A DNA stretch of 62,686 nt from Gammaproteobacteria bacterium (GTDB taxonomy: Bacteria; Pseudomonadota; Gammaproteobacteria; JBBQDK01). Position 1 is the first letter of the stretch. Every line of letters starts with the position of its first letter. Below are positions 46,363 through 56,867 of the stretch, piece after piece. The stretch covers positions 1 to 62,686 of the forward strand of contig JBBQDK010000001.1 in NCBI GenBank assembly GCA_038319625.1, read 5' to 3'. Both the position numbers and the translations under genes were made by a program. The notes under the pieces are model-generated. The model saw only the letters and a program-made list of their open reading frames with translations. It searched no databases and was not told where the DNA came from.

Positions 46363-46770
46363 ATGCTTCACGAAACAACGCCATTGCGATTTGAGTGCAC
46401 CGGTTGCGGACGCTGCTGCATCGGCGGCGGCGAATATCATGTGTTTCTCACCGATGACGCCGCCGAGGCGATTCGCGGGCATCTGCAGCTGAGCCGTGCC
46501 TGGTTCCGACGGCGTTATCTGCGACGGCTGCCGGACGGTGACCAGGTGGCAGCGATGGGCAAGGACGGGCGCTGCATTTTTCTCGGCAAGGACAATGGCT
46601 GCAAGGTCTATGCGGCACGGCCAGTGCAATGTCGCACGTATCCGTTCTGGCCGGAGGTAGTGTATTCGCGCACGTCGTGGACTCGCGAAGCGAAACGTTG
46701 CGAAGGTATCAATCGCGGCAAGGTCGTGCCGCTGACGCACATCCGCAAGGCCCTGGCCGAGCAGGATTGA
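46363..46770 (+). CDS. YkgJ-family cysteine-cluster protein (UPF0153)
   Basis: It has CTGCGRCC at the N-terminus and later CIFL...NGCKVYAARPVQCRTYPFWP. Confidence 0.75.
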   Translation: MLHETTPLRFECTGCGRCCIGGGEYHVFLTDDAAEAIRGHLQLSRAWFRRRYLRRLPDGDQVAAMGKDGRCIFLGKDNGCKVYAARPVQCRTYPFWPEVVYSRTSWTREAKRCEGINRGKVVPLTHIRKALAEQD

Positions 46771-46845
46771 GCGCATCGGCGGGGCTGCGTTGAGCCCCCG
46801 TCCGGGATGCTTACGGATTCCCCTGGCTTTCTTTCCTTATCCGGC

Positions 46846-46874
46846 CTCCTCTCCCGCGCAAAACGGGAGAGGAG
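46846..46874. terminator. 11-bp hairpin between convergent genes (possible bidirectional terminator)
   Basis: The stem ctcctctcccg/cgggagaggag has a 7-nt loop. There is no clear U-tract on either strand. Confidence 0.4.
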
Positions 46875-46899
46875 AAGGATAATTCGGAGTCATCAGGCG

Positions 46900-47856
46900 T
46901 TATTTTTCGCCGGTCACTGCCATGAGCGCGTCTTCGATCGCACCCGGTGCGCACATGATGTTCATGAACGTACCACCGGTCGGATTGGACATCATCGGCA
47001 GGCCCAGGTAGGCGATGGCGATACGGAAGCGGGCGTAGAGCGCTTCCACTTTCTTACCGTTCACCAGAATTTCATACGGTGCATAGCCCGTGCTGTGGAT
47101 CGGACCCATGTCAACGGCCTTCATGGTGGTCGCGTCGCTGCTGCAACCACTGGTCAAGGCGACACCGAACACCGTCGCATCCTTGCCCGGGATGTCGATG
47201 CGGTAGACCTTGCTGGTACCGCCCGCATGTGCGGCGAGGCCTGCCTCGACCTTACTCACCGCCGCTTCGTGGCTGTCAAACTTGCCAAGATCGCTCGGGT
47301 CATCGAAATACTCCATCATCATGGTGTAGTGATAGTCGTTGAGTTTTTTTGCGCTGATGCCGTCCTTGTAATCATAGAAGGAACCATATTCTTCTTTGTC
47401 ACCCAGCGTTGCGACGAGCTTGGCCTTGACAGCCGAGACATCGTCCTTGACACGGTAGGCGGCCGCCCAGTAGACGGGATTGGTGAAGGCCACCTGGATA
47501 TCAGCAGTCGCCGGGTTGAATGCCACGCCCTTGCCATTGCCGTACTGCTTGGTGATGGTGACCCGCTCGGGCGCCAGATAGCCACTGCGATCCGATGAGG
47601 CCGCAGCCTTCAACAGGTCGTCATTGGTGACCACCACGATATTCGCACCGGGAAAGGGAGAATAGCCGCCGGCGATTTTAAAACCGGCGGCGGTCAACTT
47701 GGCCTTCACTTCATCGGTTACCGAGGCGACGGTGCCCGTCGTGGTGGTGTAGGCGAGTACGTAAGGCTTGAGCAATTCCTCCGACTGGGCCGATGCGGCC
47801 ATGATTGTTAGCGCCATTGCCGCCAGCGCGGACTTCAGAATTTTATTGATATACAT
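46900..47856 (-). CDS. Exported protein of unknown function
   Basis: It has a signal peptide (MYINKILKSALAAMALTIMAASAQS) and good coding appearance. I did not confidently recognise a family. Confidence 0.6.
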   Translation of the reverse strand: MYINKILKSALAAMALTIMAASAQSEELLKPYVLAYTTTTGTVASVTDEVKAKLTAAGFKIAGGYSPFPGANIVVVTNDDLLKAAASSDRSGYLAPERVTITKQYGNGKGVAFNPATADIQVAFTNPVYWAAAYRVKDDVSAVKAKLVATLGDKEEYGSFYDYKDGISAKKLNDYHYTMMMEYFDDPSDLGKFDSHEAAVSKVEAGLAAHAGGTSKVYRIDIPGKDATVFGVALTSGCSSDATTMKAVDMGPIHSTGYAPYEILVNGKKVEALYARFRIAIAYLGLPMMSNPTGGTFMNIMCAPGAIEDALMAVTGEK

Positions 47857-48260
47857 TTGACTCCTCCTATCGAAATTTATGTTCACACTAATGATTGGAC
47901 CCGGTGGCGCAAGCGCTGTCCAATCACCAGCCTTGCAGCTATTAATAACCGATGCAGTCTGACACCGCCAAGACAGTATGACCAGCGCTTTTTACCAGTT
48001 CAAGAGCGGCGCGTAAAGATTCTTGACATGCGCACGAACGTCAGCATTTGTAATACTTATTTTCTATGGATTTACGCTTCGACAATTCCCTGAAGCACCG
48101 GATTTCTCACGTTGGAGACGTGAAAAATCAGCTTGCCGGGAGCGTTGGTCAATCCGTTCACCGCCACTCACATTCACGGGCCTACCTCGCGCGACCGGGT
48201 GGCACCACTCGCTACAGCATAGCCGTAATCTTGAACGGGATTTGCCCGATGCCCGGACAG

Positions 48261-48860
48261 TTATTTCAGCTTCACCAGCACGGCGGCCATATTGTTTTGT
48301 TTGAGCAAGACGCGGGCGCGATTCAGATCGTCGAGGTTCTTATACGGACCGACGCGGACACGATGCCAGGTCTCGTTTTTATTCACGGTGACGGTTTCGA
48401 TGCCGGCATGCAGGCCGAGTAGAGCCAGTTGCGCTTTCAGGCGATCCGCCTGATCGTAGGCTCGGAACGAACCGGCTTGCAGATAATAGGTACCGGGCTG
48501 ATCGACCTGCGGCACACCGCTCTTGGGTCGGCCTTTGATTTCCTCCTCGGGCACGACGACTTCCATCTCGGGCAGGATGGTGTAGAAATCGAAGCGTGGT
48601 TTGGCTGGTGGTTGCGGCTTCTCGGTCGCACGCTTGGCGGTTTTATCATTGGTGACGGAGGGCGCCGCCGCTTCATCGGCCTGTTCACTGGGCAGATCGA
48701 GGTGCTTGGCAACCGGTTTAGCCGGGGTGCTGCCGTGATAATAATAGGCCATCAGTGCAGCCGCCAGACCCAATGCCAGGCCGGCCAGCAGCCAGACCCA
48801 GCCCGGCGTTGTTTTGCGTCGGGCACGCTTGCCGCTGCGTGGCTTGTAATCGCGCGTCAT
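48261..48860 (-). CDS. SPOR-domain protein (FtsN-like, membrane-anchored)
   Basis: It has an N-terminal basic region followed by a TM segment. The C-terminal SPOR motif is [25 protein letters not shown]...WHRVRVGPY. The gene is coupled to argS. Confidence 0.8.
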   Translation of the reverse strand: MTRDYKPRSGKRARRKTTPGWVWLLAGLALGLAAALMAYYYHGSTPAKPVAKHLDLPSEQADEAAAPSVTNDKTAKRATEKPQPPAKPRFDFYTILPEMEVVVPEEEIKGRPKSGVPQVDQPGTYYLQAGSFRAYDQADRLKAQLALLGLHAGIETVTVNKNETWHRVRVGPYKNLDDLNRARVLLKQNNMAAVLVKLK

Positions 48861-50635
48861 GTGGCACTCTTCTCCGCCATGGCCTGCGGCGCCGAGACAC
48901 CGAGCAGTTGCAGGCCATTGGCCAGCGCCTGACGTACCGCGAGAATCAGATTAAGCCGCGCATCGCGCAGGGCCGCATCATCCACCAGGAACTGATGGGC
49001 GTTGTAATAGGCGTGGAAATCATTGGCCAGTTCGCGCAGGTAATGGGCGAGCTGGTGCGGTTCGTAATTGAGCGCGGCATTCTCCAGCACCTCGGGGTAG
49101 CGCGACAGGGTGTACAGTATCACCTGTTCATGGGGTTCGGTCAGCCGTGCCAGGTTGGCGGACCCGGTTAGCGCGTCGCGTGGCATACCTTTTTCGTCGA
49201 GCTGGCGCAGCACACTGCAAACACGCGCATGAGCATACTGGATGTAGTAGACCGGGTTGTCGTTGGACTGCGACTTGGCCAGATCCAGATCAAAGTCCAG
49301 ATGCTGTTCGCACTTGCGCAGCACGTAGAAAAACCGCGCCGCATCGTTGCCGACCTCGTGACGCAATTCGCGCAGCGTGACGAACTCGCCGGAACGCGTC
49401 GACATCTGCATGCGCTCACCGCCTTTGTAGAGAATGGCGAACTGCACCAGCAGCACATCGAGCCGGGCGGGGTCGTCGCCGAGCGCGGCCAGTGCCGCCT
49501 TGACACGCGGCACATAGCCGTGGTGGTCCGCGCCCCACACATCGATGACACGCGCGTAGCCACGTTCCAGCTTGTCCATGTGATAGGCAATGTCAGAGGC
49601 GAAATAGGTCTTCTGACCATTATCGCGCACCACCACACGGTCCTTCTCGTCGCCGTAATCGGTGGAACGGAACCACAGCGCGCCGTCTTTTGCGTAGAGA
49701 TGGCCGGAGTTGCGCAGCCGTTCGATGGCGCGATCCACCGCGCCGCTCTCGGTGAGCGAACGTTCCGAGTACCACTGCTGGTAGGTTACGCCGAATTCGC
49801 TGAGGTCCTTGCGGATATCATCGAGTATGACAGTGAGACCCTGATCGAATACCTGGCGATAATCCACGGCGCCTAGCAATTGCCTGGCACGCGTGATCAG
49901 TGCATCGATGTGCGTCTCCTTGTCACCGCCCGCCGGTGCGTCGGACGGCACACCGTCGAAAACGGTCGCGGCCGGATGGCGGAAGGTATCGGCATTGACG
50001 CGGTGCAGATCGGCGGCGATGTCCCAGACGTAATCGCCCTTGTAACCATTGACGGGAAACACCAGTGTCTCACCGCACAATTCCAGATAACGCAGCCAGA
50101 CACTGACGGCGAGTATGTCCATCTGCCGACCGGCGTCGTTGACGTAATACTCGCGGTGTACCGGGTGTCCAATGGCTTCCAGCAGGTCCGCAACCGCCGC
50201 GCCATAGGCCGCGCCACGGCCGTGGCCGACATGCAGGGGGCCGGTGGGATTGGCGGAAACGAACTCGACCTGGATGGCCTGGCCGGCACCGCGTGTGCTG
50301 CGACCGTAGTTTTCACCGGCGGCCAGTACTTCGTCGACCACCGCCTGGAAGGCCACGGGGGTGAGAAAGAAATTAATGAAGCCGGGACCGGCGACTTCCA
50401 CTTTCGCCACCAGGTCGGACGCCGGCAAGGCTGCGACGATCTGCTCAGCCAGTTCACGCGGTTTGCGGCGCGCGCTCTTGGCCAGGGTCAGCGCGATGTT
50501 GCAGGCAAAGTCGCCGTGCGCCCGGTCGCGGGTGCGCTCGATGGTGATCGGGCTGACAAGGTGACCGGGCAAGGCGCCGGTGCTGTACAGGCCTGCGAGG
50601 GCACTGCCGAGCAGGTGCTCCAGAAGATGCTTCAT
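48857..50635 (-). CDS. argS: Arginine--tRNA ligase
   Basis: It is ArgRS-like along its full length (HIGH-type [14 protein letters not shown], and the MSTRSG region). Confidence 0.95.
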   Translation of the reverse strand: MKHLLEHLLGSALAGLYSTGALPGHLVSPITIERTRDRAHGDFACNIALTLAKSARRKPRELAEQIVAALPASDLVAKVEVAGPGFINFFLTPVAFQAVVDEVLAAGENYGRSTRGAGQAIQVEFVSANPTGPLHVGHGRGAAYGAAVADLLEAIGHPVHREYYVNDAGRQMDILAVSVWLRYLELCGETLVFPVNGYKGDYVWDIAADLHRVNADTFRHPAATVFDGVPSDAPAGGDKETHIDALITRARQLLGAVDYRQVFDQGLTVILDDIRKDLSEFGVTYQQWYSERSLTESGAVDRAIERLRNSGHLYAKDGALWFRSTDYGDEKDRVVVRDNGQKTYFASDIAYHMDKLERGYARVIDVWGADHHGYVPRVKAALAALGDDPARLDVLLVQFAILYKGGERMQMSTRSGEFVTLRELRHEVGNDAARFFYVLRKCEQHLDFDLDLAKSQSNDNPVYYIQYAHARVCSVLRQLDEKGMPRDALTGSANLARLTEPHEQVILYTLSRYPEVLENAALNYEPHQLAHYLRELANDFHAYYNAHQFLVDDAALRDARLNLILAVRQALANGLQLLGVSAPQAMAEKSAT

Positions 50636-50768
50636 TGACAGTTCGTTTCGTGTGACCGGAGGCGCTTTCGCGCCGCCCTCTCGGCGCCGCGCTTAAGCCG
50701 TCTATTATGTCCGGTATCGGCGATCTTGCAACTTGTATCGACGCCCGCGCCGCCCACCTCTGTTGGGT

Positions 50769-50999
50769 GACGGCACTGTCGTCCCGGCGATATCGCTCCA
50801 GCCTCGCGTCCGCGCTGAAGTTCGGCATGCGATGCGCTGGTGATCAGGTCCCAGTCCTGCTCCGTCAAGGCGTGGCCATGGCCTGGGCCGTAGCCACACA
50901 GCGGTGCTCGACCCGGTAGCCCGCATTGCGCAGCAGACGCAACACCAACACGGCGTCGTCATCCGAATCCTCAACAATCAGCACCCGCAAGTTTTGCAT
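50769..50999 (-). pseudogene. Frameshifted relic of a response-regulator receiver domain
   Basis: Three successive minus-strand frames carry the receiver sequence. The first gives MQNLRVLIVEDSDDDAVLVLRLLRNAGYRVEHRCVATAQAMATP*. The second gives (A)LTEQDWDLITS.., and the third gives MPNFSADARLERY... Together they reconstruct a typical receiver N-terminal half. Confidence 0.5.
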
Positions 51000-51157
51000 C
51001 ACTGCCTCATGACAACTGGATGATCATCACCCTAAAGCAAGCTGATGGACTGTCAAACTATAGCAGGGGCAGGCACCGCAAGGCGGGAGTCACCGGAAGA
51101 GGATGGTTCCTGGAAAACAATCGGTTTGCCAGACGGTTGTCATAGATCGGCCAGGGC

Positions 51158-51610
51158 TCAATGGTGGCACTCGGCGCTCTCGTTCAGCTTCAGCCAATAA
51201 CTGTCCAGGGCGCGGACCATTTCCATCAGGCCGTCGAAGCTGAAGGGTTTGACCAGATAGGAATTGGCGCAATGGTCGTAGGCACGGGTGATATCGCTGG
51301 TCTCACGCGAGGTGGTCAGCACCACCACCGTCAGACGCCGTGTTTCCGGCTGTTCGCGCACCCATTCGAGCACTTCATGGCCGGATTTGCGCGGCAGCTT
51401 CAGATCCAGCAGTACCAGCCTCGGTAAGGGATAGTTACTGCGATCAGCATAATGACCTTCACCCGACAGATAGGCAATGGCCGCCTCGCCATCGCCGACC
51501 ACGTGCAAGGGATAGTCGAGCGCGGCCTTTTGCAGGGCCCGCCTGAACAGTGCGACATCGTCGGGATTATCTTCGACCAGCAGAATGGTGTTGCAATTTA
51601 TGCTCATCAT
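51158..51610 (-). CDS. Single-domain (CheY-like) response regulator
   Basis: The receiver motifs are ILLVEDNPDD, LVLLDLKLPRKSG and SYLVKP. There is no output domain. The gene overlaps the 3' end of the kinase gene. Confidence 0.85.
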   Translation of the reverse strand: MMSINCNTILLVEDNPDDVALFRRALQKAALDYPLHVVGDGEAAIAYLSGEGHYADRSNYPLPRLVLLDLKLPRKSGHEVLEWVREQPETRRLTVVVLTTSRETSDITRAYDHCANSYLVKPFSFDGLMEMVRALDSYWLKLNESAECHH

Positions 51611-53870
51611 TCGACCTCAGGGCTTGGAGTTCGATCCAAAAGCGACTGCCAGTTTCGTGGGACGATTCTACACCTACCCGGCCACCCATGCGCGACAGGG
51701 CTTTTTGCACGATGGCCAGACCTATGCCGGTACCGGGATAGGTTTCGATGCCGTGCAGGCGCTCGAAGACTCTGAAGATACGCTGGTGATGATCTGCAGC
51801 GATGCCGAGGCCGTTGTCGGCTAACCACAGGCGCACCCATCCTGGCCGCTGTTCCGCAGTGAACTCCAGCCTGGGGCATACACCGGGCGCTACGAATTTG
51901 ATGGCATTGGAGATCAGGTTACTGAGCGCTTGAACCAAGGTGACATGATGACCGAGCACCGTTGGCAGAGGACGCTGCACCAAGACCTCGGCCGCACTGG
52001 TGCGCAGCGCATCCTCCTGCAGATGCAGCGCTGCGTCGATGGCCGTTTCCAGCGCCAGTGGCCGGCCGGTGATTTCGACGCGATCCAGCCGGCAGTAATC
52101 GAGAATGTCTCGCATCAATTCGTCCATGCGTCGGGCAGCACGATCGATGCGCAAGACATAGTCGCGTGCCTCGGCATCGAGTTGGGTCGCGTGATCCTCG
52201 ATCAGTGCCTGAGAGAAACCCTGCATCGCCCGTAACGGCGCGCGCAGGTCGTGCGCTACCGAATAGGCGAAGGCCTCGAGCGCGGCATTGGCCTCGGTCA
52301 ACTGGGACGTACGCTCGGTAACACGCTGCTCCAGATCATCGGAGTGCTGGCGCACTTGCTGGAACAATCGGGCATTTTCCAGCGCAGCGGCAGTGAGCTG
52401 CGCGAAGGCCTGGAAATACTCAAGCCGTTCCGGTATGAAAAATCCGGACTGATTGCTGTAGAGATTCAGCGCACCGATGGCGCGCTCCCTGCTCAACAGC
52501 GGTAGAGCGGCGCTAGAGCGAAAGCCCTGCGCGTGAGCGGCATCGCGCCAGGGTTGAAAGGCCGGGTCCGTCTCGATATCCGGCACCACGACCACGACGC
52601 CGGCGCGGATCGCCTGTCCAGTCGGACCATAGCCCTGCGGGGTGGCATCCCAGCGCACCTGCATATTGCGCAGATAATCGACCTCGATCGGGTGGTGTGC
52701 CAGACGTTGCACGCGGCCATCGGGATCGGCGCTGCCCACCCATGCCAGTTGCGCGCCGAAGGTCTGCACGCAGATCCGCGTGACGACCTCACCAACCTGA
52801 TGCACATCCAGGCTGCGTGCCAACTCCTGGGCACCCAGATACAGCGCATGGAGCATGGTCAGCCGCAGCTGCAGATTGGCCTCGCTTTCCCGCAGACTCG
52901 CGTCGAGGCGCTGGCGTTCGGTGATGTCTTCGACGCATGACCAGATATAGGTTTCGCCGTCTCTGTCGAGCAGCAGTCCGGACAGCCGCACCGCCAGGCG
53001 GTGTCCATCCTTGTGCAGAAATTCTTTCTCGTAGGGTCCATAGCGGCCGGTGCGGCGCAGTGATTCCATCTGTACCCGGTCCTGGTCCGCGTACTCAAGT
53101 GGCGTGATGTCCTGAAGACTCAGCGTCAGGCAGGTCGCAACATCGCGACCGATGACGCCGCAGAAGGCCGCATTGGCATCCGCCAGGCTGCCGTTCATTC
53201 GGCACAGGACCAAGCCGATGGGAGAGCGTTCAAACAAATGGCGGTGGTACTGTTCACTGCTGCTCAACGCCGCTTCGGCCTGCTTGCGCGCCGTCACGTC
53301 CTGGAAAAATATCGACAGGCCGTCCGCGGCCGGATAGATGCGGTTCTCGAACCAGCGTTCGACGAGCGGGTAATATTCTTCGATGACCACCGGTGCCTGC
53401 CCGGTACCCGCCTTGCGATAGGCGTGATAGCCGGTCTGACCGATGGCGTCTGGAAATTCAGTCCAGATATGCTTGCCGAGCAGATCTTCACGGCGCCGGC
53501 CGAACAGTTGTGCCGCCTTTTCATTGATGAAGCTGAAGCGCCAGGCATCATCCAGGGCGACAAATCCGTCGGAGACACGTTCCATGATGCTGACCAGGTG
53601 CTGTTGAGCGGCCTCGGCCTCGGTGCGCGCAGTCCGCTCATTCGCGGCGAGCCGGCTGCGAGCCTTCAATTCACGGCGCAGCAACCAGAGCAGCAACACC
53701 GATGTCAGCGCCACGAAACTCCAATCCGTGATGACTTGCGCGCGCGTCAGCACGTCCGGATCGGGGAACAATTTGTTCAGCAGCTGATCGGACGTGACAA
53801 TCCACAAAGAGGCGCACCCGGCATATATCAGCGTTATAGGCAGGACCTTCGCTAGCGTGGTGCGACTCAT
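51567..53870 (-). CDS. Sensor histidine kinase (TM, PAS x2, GAF, HisKA, HATPase)
   Basis: It has N-terminal TM segments and PAS-like blocks (DGFVALD..., GLVLCRMNG...). A GAF-like region, the H-box YSVAHDLRAPLR, the N box NLISNAIKF and the G boxes DNGLGI and GTGIGLAIV are present. Confidence 0.85.
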   Translation of the reverse strand: MSRTTLAKVLPITLIYAGCASLWIVTSDQLLNKLFPDPDVLTRAQVITDWSFVALTSVLLLWLLRRELKARSRLAANERTARTEAEAAQQHLVSIMERVSDGFVALDDAWRFSFINEKAAQLFGRRREDLLGKHIWTEFPDAIGQTGYHAYRKAGTGQAPVVIEEYYPLVERWFENRIYPAADGLSIFFQDVTARKQAEAALSSSEQYHRHLFERSPIGLVLCRMNGSLADANAAFCGVIGRDVATCLTLSLQDITPLEYADQDRVQMESLRRTGRYGPYEKEFLHKDGHRLAVRLSGLLLDRDGETYIWSCVEDITERQRLDASLRESEANLQLRLTMLHALYLGAQELARSLDVHQVGEVVTRICVQTFGAQLAWVGSADPDGRVQRLAHHPIEVDYLRNMQVRWDATPQGYGPTGQAIRAGVVVVVPDIETDPAFQPWRDAAHAQGFRSSAALPLLSRERAIGALNLYSNQSGFFIPERLEYFQAFAQLTAAALENARLFQQVRQHSDDLEQRVTERTSQLTEANAALEAFAYSVAHDLRAPLRAMQGFSQALIEDHATQLDAEARDYVLRIDRAARRMDELMRDILDYCRLDRVEITGRPLALETAIDAALHLQEDALRTSAAEVLVQRPLPTVLGHHVTLVQALSNLISNAIKFVAPGVCPRLEFTAEQRPGWVRLWLADNGLGIAADHHQRIFRVFERLHGIETYPGTGIGLAIVQKALSRMGGRVGVESSHETGSRFWIELQALRSNDEHKLQHHSAGRR

Positions 53871-53921
53871 ATCAGACAGTCTCGTTGCCTCTATGCGGTC
53901 TATGCAAAACAGCCTTGGCGC

Positions 53922-56123
53922 TCACAGCACCTCCATCGGATCCACGTCCAGCGACCAGCGCACCTTGCGACTCAGTTTGAGCGTCGCCAACTGCGGCGTC
54001 CAGTCATGCAACAGATGCTGCAACACGCTGCGCTGGGTCGACTGAAGCAACAATTGGGCACGATGCCGGCCGGCGCGCCGCGCCATGGAGGCAGGCATCG
54101 GTCCGAACACCTCCACACCGGGCACCTGCGCGGCAAGGTCGCGCGCTTGCTCAAGAAAAGTCTGCGGCGCGGTGGCATCCGCAGCCTCGGCGCGCAACAA
54201 GGCCAGACTGGTAAACGGGGGCAATTGGGCGGCGCGACGCTCCGCCAGCGCCGCGGCGGCGAAAGCCGGATAGCCCTCCCCGATCAGCAGGCGCAGCAAG
54301 GGGTGATCCGGGTGGTGGGTCTGCATCACCACATGGCCGGGACGATCGGCGCGACCGGCGCGACCGGCCACCTGCACTATCAGCTGCGCCATGCGTTCCG
54401 CGGCACGAAAGTCGGCGCCGAACAGGCCGTAGTCGACGTCCAGTATGGCGGCCAGACTGACCTCGGGGAAATGATGACCCTTGGCGAGCATCTGGGTGCC
54501 GATCAGCAAGCGCGCCCTGCCGCTGTGTACTTGCGCGAGTAGCGCTTCCAGTGAGCCCTTGCGGCGCGTGCTGTCGCGGTCGATACGTACCTGTTCAATA
54601 CCGGGAAAATGTTCTGTCAGGATTTGCTCAAGACGTTCGGTACCCTGCCCGAGGGCACGCAACTCGGTGCTGTTGCATTCCGGACAGTGCCGATCGATAG
54701 GCCGTTGTGCACCACAATGATGGCAACACAGCAGGTGTTGTCCATAATGCATGACCAGGCGCGCATCGCAGCGCCGGCACTGCGCCACCCAGCCGCAGTC
54801 ATGACATAGCAGCGTCGGCGCATAGCCGCGTCGGTTGAGAAACACCAGCGCCTGACCGCCGCCTTGCAGACAGGTATCCAGACGTTCCAGCAGTGGCACG
54901 GACAGGCCGTGTTGCAAACGGCGCTGGCGCACATCCAGGACTTCGAAACTGGGATGCACCGCGCCACCGGCGCGTTCCGGCAGATGCAAGGACTGGTAGC
55001 GATCCTGTTGCACGTTATACAAGGTTTCCAGGGCCGGCGTGGCGGAGCCCAGCAACACCGGCACACCGCAACGCTTGGCGCGCAACAGCGCCAGATCACG
55101 GGCGTGATAACGGAAGCCGTCCTGTTGTTTGTAGGACAGGTCGTGCTCCTCGTCGATAATGATCAGTCCCGGCGCCGCCAGTGGCGTGAACAAAGCCGAG
55201 CGCGTGCCGATCACCACCGGTGCCAAACCGGCGCGTGCCTGTAACCAAGCCTGCAGGCGCGTGCCTTCCGACAGATGGGAATGCAGCACCGCCAGGGGCA
55301 CGTTGAGGCGCTCCTGGAAGCGACCGATCAGTTGCGGCGTGAGCGCGATCTCGGGCACCAGCACCAGCACCTGCCGACCGCGCTGAATGACCTGTTCGAT
55401 GAGCCGCAGGTAAACTTCGGTCTTGCCGCTGCCGGTAACGCCGTCGAGCAGAAAAGTCTGAAAACGGTCGAAGGCCGCGCTCACGGCCGCGACAGCCGCC
55501 TGCTGGGCATCGTTGAGCTGCGGCGCTGTGATCACGGCGGTCGCCGCGATCAGTGGTGTTGGAATAAAATTGCGCTCTTCAATCCAGCCTTTTGCACCAC
55601 ATGCCCGTAGCGCCACACGGCAGGCGTCGGGTTCAGTGACCAGCATTTCCGGCAGTACACCCTGCGGGTGGCGACGCAGCAACGCCAGCAACGCCGCCTG
55701 CCGCGGCGCGCGGGCCAGCGTTGCGGGATCGACGGCCGTCCCGGTGCCGGTCAAATGCCAACTGCGCAAGTTCTCAAGGCGCGCCGCCTGGCCCTGCCGC
55801 AGCAACGCCGGCAACATGGCCGCCAGCACTTCGCCGATCGGGTAGTGATAATACTGGCTGGCCCATTGCGCGAGCTCCAATTGCTCGGCCGCCAGCAACG
55901 GCGTGTCATCGAGCACTTCGATAGCCGCCTTGAGGCGCGACGTTGGCCAAAGGCTGTCCGCGCCCAGGGCCAACAGAATACCGATGCTGCGACTGCGTCC
56001 GAACGGTACGCGCACCCGCACACCCGGCCTGAGTTGGTCCGGAGTGCACTGCGGTGGCGGCAGATAGTCAAAGGTTTGCGACAGTGGCGAGGGAACGGCG
56101 ATACGCAGAATGAGTGACGACAT
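53922..56123 (-). CDS. priA: Primosomal replication protein N' (PriA helicase)
   Basis: It has Walker A GVTGSGKTEVY, DEEHD and the Cys-rich Zn region (CHDCGW...CRRCD...CHHCG...CPEC). Confidence 0.95.
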   Translation of the reverse strand: MSSLILRIAVPSPLSQTFDYLPPPQCTPDQLRPGVRVRVPFGRSRSIGILLALGADSLWPTSRLKAAIEVLDDTPLLAAEQLELAQWASQYYHYPIGEVLAAMLPALLRQGQAARLENLRSWHLTGTGTAVDPATLARAPRQAALLALLRRHPQGVLPEMLVTEPDACRVALRACGAKGWIEERNFIPTPLIAATAVITAPQLNDAQQAAVAAVSAAFDRFQTFLLDGVTGSGKTEVYLRLIEQVIQRGRQVLVLVPEIALTPQLIGRFQERLNVPLAVLHSHLSEGTRLQAWLQARAGLAPVVIGTRSALFTPLAAPGLIIIDEEHDLSYKQQDGFRYHARDLALLRAKRCGVPVLLGSATPALETLYNVQQDRYQSLHLPERAGGAVHPSFEVLDVRQRRLQHGLSVPLLERLDTCLQGGGQALVFLNRRGYAPTLLCHDCGWVAQCRRCDARLVMHYGQHLLCCHHCGAQRPIDRHCPECNSTELRALGQGTERLEQILTEHFPGIEQVRIDRDSTRRKGSLEALLAQVHSGRARLLIGTQMLAKGHHFPEVSLAAILDVDYGLFGADFRAAERMAQLIVQVAGRAGRADRPGHVVMQTHHPDHPLLRLLIGEGYPAFAAAALAERRAAQLPPFTSLALLRAEAADATAPQTFLEQARDLAAQVPGVEVFGPMPASMARRAGRHRAQLLLQSTQRSVLQHLLHDWTPQLATLKLSRKVRWSLDVDPMEVL

Positions 56124-56295
56124 GCGGCTACTCTAGCATCTGTACTCAACGACGGCAGTGGCGGGCAGGGCAGTATAGGGATTTGACAAATCCCCGGAGA
56201 ACGGCCGATCCCGATAGCACTTGTTAGCCGCATGCCTTGAGAACTTTCCTTAACTCTATTGAGGTAACTCCATCACTTGGTTTTGAAAACATCCT

Positions 56296-56318
56296 TTATC
56301 CACAAATCCTGTGGATAA
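56296..56318. promoter_or_regulatory. Perfect inverted pair of consensus DnaA boxes (TTATCCACA-aatcc-TGTGGATAA)
   Basis: Both 9-mers match the TTATCCACA consensus at 9 of 9 positions. A 7/9 box, TTGTTCACA, lies at 56391-56399, followed by a strongly AT-rich tract running to about 56452. Confidence 0.6.
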
Positions 56319-56867
56319 CTTTGTGCATGAATTGGGGTCAACCCCGCTAAGGCCGCGTCGCGGCTTACTGGTGGTTAGAATGGTCACAATTTGTTCACAT
56401 TTTTATTATAAATATTATCAATGTATTACAAAATATATCAGGTCTTTCCCGGGGTCCTATGTCGGCGCTGGAATGGATTCTTGACGCTTGCGCTTCGATT
56501 GTGCATAAGCAGACAGCAAAGACTTGACAAGCTGACCCCTCATTGACAACGACCCTGTGTAAAACCGGCCCGGCACCGATCGCTTGACAACCGGAAAATC
56601 ACCTTCTGCCGGCCGGCTTGATGAAATTTTTCGGTTTCTGGCCAGCCACATCGACGAGCTGTCACGGCAGCCATGATAGCCGGGCGGCGCGTCCGCGCAT
56701 CCGAATCGTTTTATTACAATGACGGTGAAGCTGGCGGTCGCTGCTCGACGATCCACTCCGGCGCAGCTGGTTGGCTGCATAACGGGGAAAATGGTAAGCT
56801 CTTTCCGCCTTGCGCCGGAACAGAACACACAGGTCAAGTTGGCGCGACGACCACAGAGGGTCCTTTT

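Noticed and set aside
51567-51610. A 44-nt overlap between the histidine kinase 3' end and the response regulator start.
   Set aside because: Overlaps of this size occur in coupled two-component operons. It could also reflect a slightly later true start of the regulator, so it is not considered unusual.
56124-56867. The idea that the priA-HNH intergenic region is the chromosomal origin (oriC).
   Set aside because: It has only two perfect DnaA boxes and one degenerate box. No 13-mer-type repeats were recognised, and no dnaA, dnaN, gidA, rpmH or parAB context is present. It is retained only as a DnaA-binding or regulatory candidate.
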